A stretch of 64,000 nt of DNA from contig JBEKQS010000002.1 in assembly GCA_049519475.1 (NCBI GenBank), positions 4,293 through 68,292 of the forward strand. Reading direction: 5' to 3'. Positions 24,850 to 32,955 of the stretch are shown here, in pieces. The position numbers and the translations under genes are program-made. Source of the stretch: Bryobacteraceae bacterium. Its GTDB lineage: Bacteria; Acidobacteriota; Terriglobia; Bryobacterales; Bryobacteraceae. The notes below the pieces were generated by a model. It made no database searches. It worked only from the letters and a program-made list of their open reading frames with translations, and had not been told where the DNA came from. Position 1 is the first letter of the stretch; every line of letters starts with the position of its first letter.

Positions 24850-25257
24850 ATGGATCGCTCATTAGCAGAACTCGAAGCCCTGGTCCGCAACCGGATCTGC
24901 AGCGTTTGTACCGAACGTACCGTAGAGGGTCAGTGCGGCCTGGAAGAACCCTCCAGTTGCGCCCTGTTCCGCCTCTTTCCCCAAGTGGCCCAAGCCATCC
25001 AGTCTGTCCGGAGCGACGATATCGAGCAGTACATCGAAGCCATTCGCCGCAGCGTCTGCTCGGTTTGCGCCGAGCAGGCTCACGACGGCTCCTGCGAAAC
25101 CCGCCAGCAGGTCCGTTGCGCACTGGATGCCTACTTGCTTTTGGTTGTGGATGCCATCGAGGAAGCCACCGGGAAGACTTTCGATAAACGCGGCTTGGGC
25201 GGTGGAGGTAACGGAATCACCGCCGGCCCAAAGGCCGCAAATTCAACTGTGATATGA
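24850..25257 (+). CDS. Cytoplasmic protein with duplicated C-x2-C-x8-C-x7-C motif (135 aa)
   Basis: AGGAG lies 9 nt upstream. Repeat 1 is ICSVCTERTVEGQCGLEEPSSCALF and repeat 2 is VCSVCAEQAHDGSCETRQQVRCALD. No signal peptide. Confidence 0.7.
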   Translation: MDRSLAELEALVRNRICSVCTERTVEGQCGLEEPSSCALFRLFPQVAQAIQSVRSDDIEQYIEAIRRSVCSVCAEQAHDGSCETRQQVRCALDAYLLLVVDAIEEATGKTFDKRGLGGGGNGITAGPKAANSTVI

Positions 25258-25289
25258 ACTATCTGTAGTCTGAGTCTGGAGATGATCTT

Positions 25290-25568
25290 ATGAATATCAG
25301 TTTGCTTCCGTTCCTGTATTTCTGGATCGTTCTGGCCCTCGCCGTTTTAGGATTGCTGGTGTGGCGCAAGGTTGTTGCGAGCCATGAAGACGATACCCTG
25401 CACGTGCTTGATGGCGGCGGCGCCGATCAAACCGTGGTTGCCCACAAGCTCGATCAGATCGACAAGTGGGGCAAAATCCTCACCGTGATCGCCTTGGTTT
25501 ACGGTGTCATCCTGGGCGCTGCCTACGCGTATCAGGCCTGGATTCAGACATCCCAAACGGGAGTGTAA
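25290..25568 (+). CDS. Small two-TM membrane protein (92 aa)
   Basis: GGAG RBS. Helices LLPFLYFWIVLALAVLGLLVW and ILTVIALVYGVILGAAYAY. Confidence 0.6.
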   Translation: MNISLLPFLYFWIVLALAVLGLLVWRKVVASHEDDTLHVLDGGGADQTVVAHKLDQIDKWGKILTVIALVYGVILGAAYAYQAWIQTSQTGV

Positions 25569-25573
25569 TTGTC

Positions 25574-27241
25574 ATGAAGAACCGGGCACTTCGAACCATC
25601 AGCCGAGCGCTCGGTTCTGCCCTTTTCGGCCTCGTGCTCGCCCTGGCCGGTGTCAATGCCTCTGCGGCGGACAAGCCCGCTGCGGACTGCGCTTCGTGCC
25701 ACGACCAGGCCCAGAAGCTCGAAAAAAGCGCCCACGCCGGGCTGCCCTGCGACACCTGCCACGAATCCCACGACCAGTATCCTCACCCCGCCAACATCCC
25801 CAAACCCCAGTGCATTACCTGCCACCAGGAGCAGGCTGGCGACTATGCCCTCGGCGTTCACGGCATGGCCCGCAAAAACGGCAATGAAGGCGCCCCCGAT
25901 TGCGCTATGTGCCACGGCAGCGCCCACGAGCTGCTGTTCCCGCAGTCCACGGAGTTTCGCAAGGCTGTGCCGGACACCTGCGGCATGTGCCACAGCGAAG
26001 TCGCCGACCAGTACCGCACCAGCGTGCATGGCCAGGCTCTCGCCCGGGGTGTCACGCAGGCGCCCATCTGCAACGATTGCCACGGCGAGCACAAGATCCT
26101 CAAGCCCGGCAACGCCGCCTCCACCGTCAACGCCGCGCACATTCGCGATACCTGCGGCAGTTGCCACGGGAACGTGCGGCTGTCGCGTGAGTTCGGCCTG
26201 CCATCGGACCGCGTAGTGAGCTTCGACGCGTCTTACCACGGCCTGGCCGACAAGGCCGGCTCCCAAACCGTCGCCAACTGCTCGAGTTGCCACGGTGTGC
26301 ACGACATCCTGCCGTCATCGGATCCCAAGTCGACCGTTAATCCGAAGAACCTGCCCAAGACTTGTGGGCAGTGCCACGCCGGCGCCGGTACCCGTTTCGC
26401 CATCAGCCAGGTGCATCTGACCGAAAAATCCGAAACCGCGGCCCTGCGCTGGGTGCGCCAGTTCTACCTGCTGCTGATCCCCGTCACCATCGGTCTCATG
26501 ATGCTTCACCAGGGCGGCGATTGGATCCGCAAGCTGATCAAACTGCGCTTTCAAGCCCGGATTGCGCAACCCAGCCGGATGGGCGCAGCCGGCCACGGCG
26601 AGCTTCGCATGTTGCCCTTCGAACGCGTCCAGCACGCCGTCATGGCACTCTCGTTCCTCACTCTGATCTGGACCGGCTTCGCCCTGAAATACCCCGACAC
26701 CTGGTGGGCGCGCCCCCTGCTGATGTTGGAAGGCAAGTACGCCGTGCGCAGCCTGATCCATCGCATCGCGGCCGCGGTATTCACGGCCGTCACCGTCACG
26801 CACCTGGTTTCGCTGATCGTCAGCCGCAAACTGCGCCATCACTGGAAAGAGATGCTGCCCAAAATGGATGATCCGCGCGAGGCCCTCGCAGGCTTTGCCT
26901 ACAACCTCGGCTTGGGTTCCGAGCCGCCGTTCCGTTCGCCGCACAGTTACCTCGAGAAGGCCGAATACTGGGCCGTGGTCTGGGGCGCGGTCGTCATGAT
27001 TGCTTCCGGGATTTTTCTTTGGGCCAATACCCTGGTCATGAAATTCCTGCCCAAGAGCTGGCTCGACGTCGCTACATCGGTTCATCTGTTCGAGGCCATC
27101 CTCGCCACCCTGGCGATCGTGGTATGGCACTTCTATTCCGTCATCTTCGATCCCGACGTCTACCCGCTCAACACAGCTTTCCTGACTGGGTATAGTGTAA
27201 AAAAGAAGGAGCGCGAGCCGGTGAAGACCGCGGGAGACTGA
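25574..27241 (+). CDS. Nine-heme c-type cytochrome fused to a multi-TM b-type-cytochrome-like membrane domain (CbcL-like architecture)
   Basis: Internal ATG at 25574 and a signal peptide. Nine CxxCH sites (CASCH, CDTCH, CITCH, CAMCH, CGMCH, CNDCH, CGSCH, CSSCH, CGQCH). Then 5 predicted TM helices with conserved His (RVQHAVMA, LIHRIAAA, SVHLFEAILATLAIVVWH). Confidence 0.85.
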   Translation: MKNRALRTISRALGSALFGLVLALAGVNASAADKPAADCASCHDQAQKLEKSAHAGLPCDTCHESHDQYPHPANIPKPQCITCHQEQAGDYALGVHGMARKNGNEGAPDCAMCHGSAHELLFPQSTEFRKAVPDTCGMCHSEVADQYRTSVHGQALARGVTQAPICNDCHGEHKILKPGNAASTVNAAHIRDTCGSCHGNVRLSREFGLPSDRVVSFDASYHGLADKAGSQTVANCSSCHGVHDILPSSDPKSTVNPKNLPKTCGQCHAGAGTRFAISQVHLTEKSETAALRWVRQFYLLLIPVTIGLMMLHQGGDWIRKLIKLRFQARIAQPSRMGAAGHGELRMLPFERVQHAVMALSFLTLIWTGFALKYPDTWWARPLLMLEGKYAVRSLIHRIAAAVFTAVTVTHLVSLIVSRKLRHHWKEMLPKMDDPREALAGFAYNLGLGSEPPFRSPHSYLEKAEYWAVVWGAVVMIASGIFLWANTLVMKFLPKSWLDVATSVHLFEAILATLAIVVWHFYSVIFDPDVYPLNTAFLTGYSVKKKEREPVKTAGD

Positions 27242-27251
27242 TACCCACAGC

Positions 27252-28709
27252 ATGACACCCAATCCATCCGAAACAAGCCGCCGGGGCTGGTTGTCCCCGT
27301 TCGTCTACCTGTCAAACAACTGGATCAGCCTCGCCGGCGTGGTCGTCGTGACCACCACCGTAGTCTTCTGGCTCTTCTTGCTGCCCGTGACCCTGAAGGG
27401 CGAAGCTACCAGCCCCTACATCGGCATCCTGGTATTTCTAGGCCTGCCGGCGCCTTTCTTCGCGGGCCTGATCATGATCCCCCTGGGGATCTGGCTCAAA
27501 CGCAGGCGCGAAGGCATCAGCGGCATCTACCCGCCGGATTTTCCACCCCTCACCTGGCACAGTTTCGAACTCCGCAAGCTGGTCTACTTCTTCGGCGCCG
27601 CCACAGTCGTCAACCTCGCCATCGCCAGCCAGGTCAGCTACGGCGCGGTCAATTACATGGATTCCGTGACCTTCTGCGGCGAGACCTGCCACACCGTCAT
27701 GCAGCCCGAATTCACCGCCTACGGGAATTCTCCGCATTCCCGCGTGGAATGCGTGAAGTGCCACATCGGCCCCGGCGCGGGCTGGTTCGTGAAAAGCAAA
27801 CTCTCCGGCGTGGGCCAGGTATTCGCCGTCACCTTCCACACTTATCCCGAGCCTATCCCGACCCCGGTCACCAACCTGCGTCCCGCCCGCGAAACCTGCG
27901 AGCAATGCCACTGGCCGCAAAAGTATGGCGAAGACCGCCTGACAGTCATCTCCAAGTACGCCGACGACGAAACCAACACCTCTACCAAGACCGTCCTGCT
28001 GATGAAGATCGGCGGCGGCAACCACGGCATCGGCATTCACGGAACCCACTTGGGCGTCGGCGTCACCATCCGTTACGGCCATTCCGACGAAGCCCGCCAG
28101 ACCATTCCCTGGGTGGAATACGAAAACAACGGCAAGATAACCGACTACCTCGCCCCCAACGCCAAGCCGGATGGCGCTGGTCTTAACAAACGCACCATGG
28201 ATTGCATGGATTGCCACAACCGCCCCGCCCACAGCTACGACCTCCCCGACCGCGCCGTGGATAAAGCCATGCACGACGGCCTGATCTCCGCCTCGCTCCC
28301 CTTCGCCATGAAGAAAGCCGTTGAAATCCTCAAAGCGCCCTACGTGTCGCGGGAAGAAGCCGACCAGAAGATCCCCGCCGCATTCGCCCAGTTTTATCAG
28401 CAGACCTACCCCGCCATCTGGAGCGGCCGCCAGCCGGAAGTCGCACAGTCCGCCAAAGAACTGGCAGCCATCTATGACCGCAACATCTTCCCCGAAATGA
28501 AGGTCAACTGGGGCACCTACCCCATTAATATCGGCCACACCGATTTCCCCGGCTGTTTCCGTTGCCACGACGGCTCGCACGCCCCCAAGACCGGAGACGC
28601 CATCACCCAGGACTGCAACGCCTGCCACAACATCCTGGCCATGGATGAAGCCAACCCGAAGGTGCTCACGGACCTCGGTATTGTAGAAAGCAAGTCCGCC
28701 CAAAAGTAG
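27252..28709 (+). CDS. Three-TM NapC/NirT-type multiheme cytochrome (ImcH-like architecture)
   Basis: Three N-terminal TM helices. Then FCGETCH (CX3CH), CVKCH, CEQCH, CMDCH, CFRCH and CNACH. The block SVTFCGETCHTVMQPEFTAYGNSPHSRVECVKCH resembles the NapC/NirT N-terminal region. Confidence 0.82.
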   Translation: MTPNPSETSRRGWLSPFVYLSNNWISLAGVVVVTTTVVFWLFLLPVTLKGEATSPYIGILVFLGLPAPFFAGLIMIPLGIWLKRRREGISGIYPPDFPPLTWHSFELRKLVYFFGAATVVNLAIASQVSYGAVNYMDSVTFCGETCHTVMQPEFTAYGNSPHSRVECVKCHIGPGAGWFVKSKLSGVGQVFAVTFHTYPEPIPTPVTNLRPARETCEQCHWPQKYGEDRLTVISKYADDETNTSTKTVLLMKIGGGNHGIGIHGTHLGVGVTIRYGHSDEARQTIPWVEYENNGKITDYLAPNAKPDGAGLNKRTMDCMDCHNRPAHSYDLPDRAVDKAMHDGLISASLPFAMKKAVEILKAPYVSREEADQKIPAAFAQFYQQTYPAIWSGRQPEVAQSAKELAAIYDRNIFPEMKVNWGTYPINIGHTDFPGCFRCHDGSHAPKTGDAITQDCNACHNILAMDEANPKVLTDLGIVESKSAQK

Positions 28710-28754
28710 CCGGTGGGGCGAGCTTCAGCCAGCCGGGCGAAGCCCGGTTGGTGG

Positions 28755-28782
28755 CACAGGCACTCTTGCCTGTGTTGGTTTT
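28755..28782 (+). terminator. Intrinsic terminator-like hairpin after the NapC/NirT-type gene
   Basis: CACAGGCA-ctct-TGCCTGTG (8-bp perfect stem) followed by TTGGTTTT. Confidence 0.55.
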
Positions 28783-28855
28783 GACGTTTTCACGTGGAAC
28801 ATGGGCTGGTTCAAGCCTGCCCTGCTGAAATTTTCAACAACAGGGTTCCCGCATG

Positions 28856-28884
28856 TTGACGGAAAATCCTACAGATGTTATACA
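28856..28884 (+). promoter_or_regulatory. Sigma-70-like promoter candidate for the 19-heme gene
   Basis: TTGACG-N17-TATACA within a locally AT-rich stretch, 25-37 nt upstream of the candidate ATGs. Confidence 0.4.
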
Positions 28885-28908
28885 GATAATAAGGTCTTCA
28901 TTTCTGTT

Positions 28909-31743
28909 ATGGTTCACCGAATGGCCATTCTGCGGCGCCTGCTGGTAGCAGCCGGACTTCTGGCCGCAGCCCTCCCGGCGCAGCAGTCCAAGCCGCTTCC
29001 CGGCTCCGACGATTGTCTCGGCTGTCATGAAACCGGGGTCCGTGCGGGCAAACGGCAGCCCGGCGTCCCTCCGCCATTCGACGCCGCCGCCCTCAGAGCT
29101 TCCCCGCACGCCGACCTGGAATGCGCCGCCTGCCACGCCGAGCTCGCCAAGAAAGAATTCCCCCATCCCGAAAAGCTGGCCAAAGTGGACTGCGGCACGT
29201 GCCACCCCGACGAGCAGACCCAATACACCGCCAGCCTCCACGGGAAGGCGTCAGCGCGCGGCGACAGCACCGCGCCCGGCTGCAAGACCTGCCATGGCAC
29301 GCACAACATCCTGCTCCCGTCGAACCCCAACTCCCGCACCTCCACCATGCAGATCCCCGGCCTCTGCGGCAGTTGCCACCAGCAAGGCACCGACGTCAGC
29401 AAGACCCACGACATCCCGCAGACCAACATCCTGGGAAACTACACCGACAGTCTCCACGGCCAGGCGCTCTTCACCAAGGGCCTCACCGTCGCCGCCGTCT
29501 GCACCAGTTGCCACACCGCGCACTTCGTGCTGCCGCACACCGACCCGCGCTCGTCCATCTCCAAAGGGAAAATCGCCGAGACCTGCAGGAAGTGCCACGG
29601 ACAGATTGAAGCCGTGCACCGCAAAGTGATCAACGGCCAGCTCTGGGAGTCCGCGCCGAACATGATTCCGGCCTGCGTGGATTGCCACGAGCCGCACAAA
29701 GTGCGGCAGTTCTCCTACACCGAGGGCATGGCGGACAAAGACTGCCAGAGCTGCCACGCCAATCCCAACCTCAAGGTGACCCGCGGCTCGAGGACCGTCT
29801 CGCTGTTCGTCGATAAAGCCGAGATGGACACCTCCATCCACCATAACCCGCCCAGCCACCCCGACACGCCCGTGGCTTGCGTGCAGTGCCATACCGGTGG
29901 CACGCCGTCGCACAAACGGCCTTGCGATACCATGCCGGCGAAGGTCGATTGTTCGATCTGCCACCCGACGCAGGTCAACGACTATCGCGAGAGCACCCAC
30001 GGCACGCTGGCGGCCCAAGGCAGCCATGACGCTCCTACCTGCCAGGATTGCCACAGCCCGCACCACACCCTGGCCAAGAACGACTCGGCGTCGCCGACCT
30101 TCTCGCGCAACGTCCCCGCGCTCTGCGCCCAGTGCCACCAGACCGGCCACAAAGCCGCCCTGCGGTACACCGGCAAGCAAACCAACATCATCGAGAACTA
30201 CACCGAGAGCATCCACGGCAAAGGCCTGCTGCAATCCGGGCTGACCGTCACTGCGGCCTGCACAGCCTGCCACACCGCGCACCGCGAGCTACCCGCCAGC
30301 GACCCGCGCTCCAGCGTCTACCGCTCCAACATCGCCGCTACGTGTGCCCAATGCCATCGCGGCATCTACGAACAATTCACTTCCAGCGTGCACAGCCCAA
30401 CCGTCACCAAGACCAACAAAGAGCTCCCCGTCTGCGCGGATTGCCACTCGGCCCACAGCATCGAACGCACCGACAGCAGTGATTTCCGGCTGAACATCAT
30501 GAACCAGTGCGGCCGCTGCCATCAGCAGATTACCGAAGCTTACTTCGAAACCTTCCACGGCAAGGCTTCCAATCTGGGCGGCCTGAAGACCGCCAAGTGC
30601 TACGACTGCCACGGCTCGCACGACATCCTGCCGGTCACCGACCCGCGCTCCCGCCTCAGCCGCGCCAACATCGTCAACACCTGTGGCAAGTGCCACATGG
30701 GCTCGCACCGCCAGTTCGCCGGATACCTCACCCACGCCACCCACCACGACCCGCAAAAATATCCGTTCCTCTTCTACACCTTCTGGGGCATGACCACCCT
30801 GCTCGTAGGCACGCTTGTAATCTCCGGCACGCACACGCTGGCCTGGCTCCCGCGCTCGCTCCAATACCGCAAATTAGCCCGCAGCGGCCACGACAAAAAC
30901 GGCCTTTACGTGCGCCGCTTCCGCCCGCTTCATCGCAACCTGCACCTGATGGTGATCTCGAGCTTCCTCGGCCTGGCCCTCACCGGCATGACTCTCAAGT
31001 TCTCCTACGCCCCCTGGGCCAAAAAGATCGCTTGGCTGCTGGGAGGCTTCGAATCCGCCAGAGGCTTCGAAGCCGCCGGCCTGATCCACCGTTTCTGCGC
31101 CATCCTCACCTTCACTTATTTCGGCCTGCACCTCTACGACCTGGTGAAGGAGCACCACAAGAGCGGCAAATCCTGGCTGAAGTACATCACCAGTTCCGAG
31201 GGCATGCTGCTTAACGGCCGCGACTGGCGCGAATTCATCGGCTCCATGAAATGGTTCCTGGGCCGCGGCGAGCGTCCCCAATATGGCCGCTGGACCTATT
31301 GGGAAAAATTTGATTACTTCGCCGTTTTTTGGGGCGTGGCCATCATCGGCGGCACCGGCCTGATGCTCTGGTTCCCCGAAGCTTTCACGCGCATCTTCCC
31401 CGGCTGGATGGTGAACGTCGCAACCACCATCCACAGCGACGAAGCCCTGCTGGCGGTCAGTTTCATCTTCGTGATTCACTTCTTCAACACGCACTTCCGC
31501 CCCGAAAAGTTCCCCATCGACACGGTAATTTTCACCACCGGCATGCCGCTCGAAGAATTCAAGCGCGACCGTCCGCGCGAGTACCAGGAGATGGTGGACG
31601 CCGGCAAGTTGGAAGAAAACCTGATGCCCGCCCCGCCCGAGCGTTCGCAACGCTTCTGGCGCCGTCTGGGCTTCACCGCGCTGGGCCTGGGCATGGTGAT
31701 GATCGGGCTGATCCTGTACGCCATGATCTTTGCGTACCGGTAG
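28909..31743 (+). CDS. Nineteen-heme c-type cytochrome fused to a b-type-cytochrome-like membrane domain
   Basis: Starts at ATG 28909 or 28921 (MAILRRLLVAAGLLAAALPAQQ signal). Nineteen CxxCH motifs counted by eye. The C-terminal roughly 330 aa has about 5-6 TM helices with conserved His (RPLHRNLHLMV, LIHRFCAIL, TIHSDEALLAVSFIFVIH). Confidence 0.85.
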   Translation: MVHRMAILRRLLVAAGLLAAALPAQQSKPLPGSDDCLGCHETGVRAGKRQPGVPPPFDAAALRASPHADLECAACHAELAKKEFPHPEKLAKVDCGTCHPDEQTQYTASLHGKASARGDSTAPGCKTCHGTHNILLPSNPNSRTSTMQIPGLCGSCHQQGTDVSKTHDIPQTNILGNYTDSLHGQALFTKGLTVAAVCTSCHTAHFVLPHTDPRSSISKGKIAETCRKCHGQIEAVHRKVINGQLWESAPNMIPACVDCHEPHKVRQFSYTEGMADKDCQSCHANPNLKVTRGSRTVSLFVDKAEMDTSIHHNPPSHPDTPVACVQCHTGGTPSHKRPCDTMPAKVDCSICHPTQVNDYRESTHGTLAAQGSHDAPTCQDCHSPHHTLAKNDSASPTFSRNVPALCAQCHQTGHKAALRYTGKQTNIIENYTESIHGKGLLQSGLTVTAACTACHTAHRELPASDPRSSVYRSNIAATCAQCHRGIYEQFTSSVHSPTVTKTNKELPVCADCHSAHSIERTDSSDFRLNIMNQCGRCHQQITEAYFETFHGKASNLGGLKTAKCYDCHGSHDILPVTDPRSRLSRANIVNTCGKCHMGSHRQFAGYLTHATHHDPQKYPFLFYTFWGMTTLLVGTLVISGTHTLAWLPRSLQYRKLARSGHDKNGLYVRRFRPLHRNLHLMVISSFLGLALTGMTLKFSYAPWAKKIAWLLGGFESARGFEAAGLIHRFCAILTFTYFGLHLYDLVKEHHKSGKSWLKYITSSEGMLLNGRDWREFIGSMKWFLGRGERPQYGRWTYWEKFDYFAVFWGVAIIGGTGLMLWFPEAFTRIFPGWMVNVATTIHSDEALLAVSFIFVIHFFNTHFRPEKFPIDTVIFTTGMPLEEFKRDRPREYQEMVDAGKLEENLMPAPPERSQRFWRRLGFTALGLGMVMIGLILYAMIFAYR

Positions 31744-31838
31744 ACTGGCCGTTGGGGGGCGCCCAATCCTGGCCGCAGCCGTCTTTTCATGCGTTCCTTT
31801 GCCTTGCCGATCTGTATCAATCGTATATACTGATGCAT

Positions 31839-32048
31839 ATGAGCGCTACGCGGACCACTCTGAATCTCGACGACGAACTGCTCCGCGTGGCCCGCCAATA
31901 CACCGGCATTCAGGAAAAGACAGCCCTTATCCACGAAGCCTTGCGGGAGTTGGTTTCAAGAGAAGCAGCCCGCCGCCTGTCTGCTCTTGGCGGGACGATG
32001 CCCAATTTCGACGCGGGACGCCGGCGCAAGTCCGGCAAAGCGCGATGA
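31839..32048 (+). CDS. vapB: Type II antitoxin, VapB family (DUF2191/RHH-like)
   Basis: MSATRTTLNLDDELLRVARQYTGIQEKTALIHEALRELVSREAARRL. ATGA overlap with the PIN gene. Confidence 0.8.
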   Translation: MSATRTTLNLDDELLRVARQYTGIQEKTALIHEALRELVSREAARRLSALGGTMPNFDAGRRRKSGKAR

Positions 32049-32404
32049 TTCTGGTCGACACTTCCGTCTGGATCAATCACTTCCGGAAGAGCGATGTGGG
32101 CCTCGCGCAATTGCTCGCCGACGGCTCCGCCGGTGTGCACCCATTCATCGTTGGTGAACTGGCTTGCGGGAACCTCAAGAACCGTGTCGCTACGCTCGGC
32201 GATCTGGCCAGGTTGCCTCAAACGCCTATCGCCAGCGAAACTGAGGTCCGCCATCTGTTGGAATCGAGCCGTCTGTGGGGTAAGGGCTTGGGCTGGATCG
32301 ATCTACACCTGCTGGCCGCAGCCAGGCTCTCGGGATGGGGCTTCTTCACTGCCGACCGCGCCTTGATGCACGCGGCTGCCGCGATCGGCATTGCCGCGCC
32401 GTAA
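32045..32404 (+). CDS. vapC: Type II toxin, VapC PIN-domain ribonuclease
   Basis: MILVDTSVWINHFRK...HPFIVGELACG...WIDLHLLAAARL...FFTADRAL shows the PIN acidic-residue pattern. Confidence 0.82.
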   Translation: MILVDTSVWINHFRKSDVGLAQLLADGSAGVHPFIVGELACGNLKNRVATLGDLARLPQTPIASETEVRHLLESSRLWGKGLGWIDLHLLAAARLSGWGFFTADRALMHAAAAIGIAAP

Positions 32405-32417
32405 TCGCGCGGACTCC

Positions 32418-32786
32418 CTACTTCTCCAGCGGCAGCCCGGATTCCTTCAACGCCCGCCAGCCGCCGTCGAGCGAAATCGCTCCCGTGTAGCCCATCTTCT
32501 GTAAACTCTCCACCACCAGCGCCGAACGGTATCCGCCGCCGCAATACAGCACCAGCGTAGCCGCCTTATCCGGATACTGCGTCTCGATGTCGCGCTCGAT
32601 AATCCCGCGGCTCAGATGCACCGCGCCGGCCACGTGTCCGGCAGCCCACTCGTTGTCTTCGCGCGTATCCACCAGCACGTGCGCCTCGCTCGCCGCGGCC
32701 ATCTTCTTATAGCCTTCGATATCGATCTGCTTCACGCGCGCCTTGGCGTCGTCCACCAGTTTCAGAAATCCCGGATTGTGTTGCAT
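32418..32786 (-). CDS. Rhodanese-like domain protein (sulfurtransferase)
   Basis: Contains ...VDTREDNEWAAGHVAGAVHLSRG...LVLYCGGGYRSALVVESLQKMGY. The active-site loop is CGGGYRS. Confidence 0.82.
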   Translation of the reverse strand: MQHNPGFLKLVDDAKARVKQIDIEGYKKMAAASEAHVLVDTREDNEWAAGHVAGAVHLSRGIIERDIETQYPDKAATLVLYCGGGYRSALVVESLQKMGYTGAISLDGGWRALKESGLPLEK

Positions 32787-32867
32787 CGCTCCTCCCCAAA
32801 TTGTGGGGCATTAGTTAGTTTTCCCACGACTGAACATCTGCACAGATTGTGGGGCAGACCCCCTGAT

Positions 32868-32952
32868 CTGCAGCCGGCCCCCCGGCTGGCTTGTCGATGG
32901 TGGCAAGCACCTGATTCTTCGAGAGAAAAGCGGGACGAGGGGGTCCGCCCTC
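32868..32952. repeat. Dispersed repeat, copy A (3' of murA)
   Basis: The core CTGCAGCCGGCCCCCCGGCTGGCTTGTCGATGGTGGCAAGCACCTGATTCTTCGAGAGAAAAGCGGG is about 90% identical to the reverse complement of 35115-35180. It is followed by GACGAGGGGGTCCGCCCTCC. Confidence 0.85.
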
Positions 32953-32955
32953 CAA

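Noticed and set aside
28740-28775. Sigma-54 promoter suggested by TGGCAC...TTGC upstream of the 19-heme gene
   Set aside because: The spacing between TGGCAC and TTGC is 8 nt instead of 5. The sequence is better explained as the 8-bp-stem terminator hairpin CACAGGCA/TGCCTGTG.
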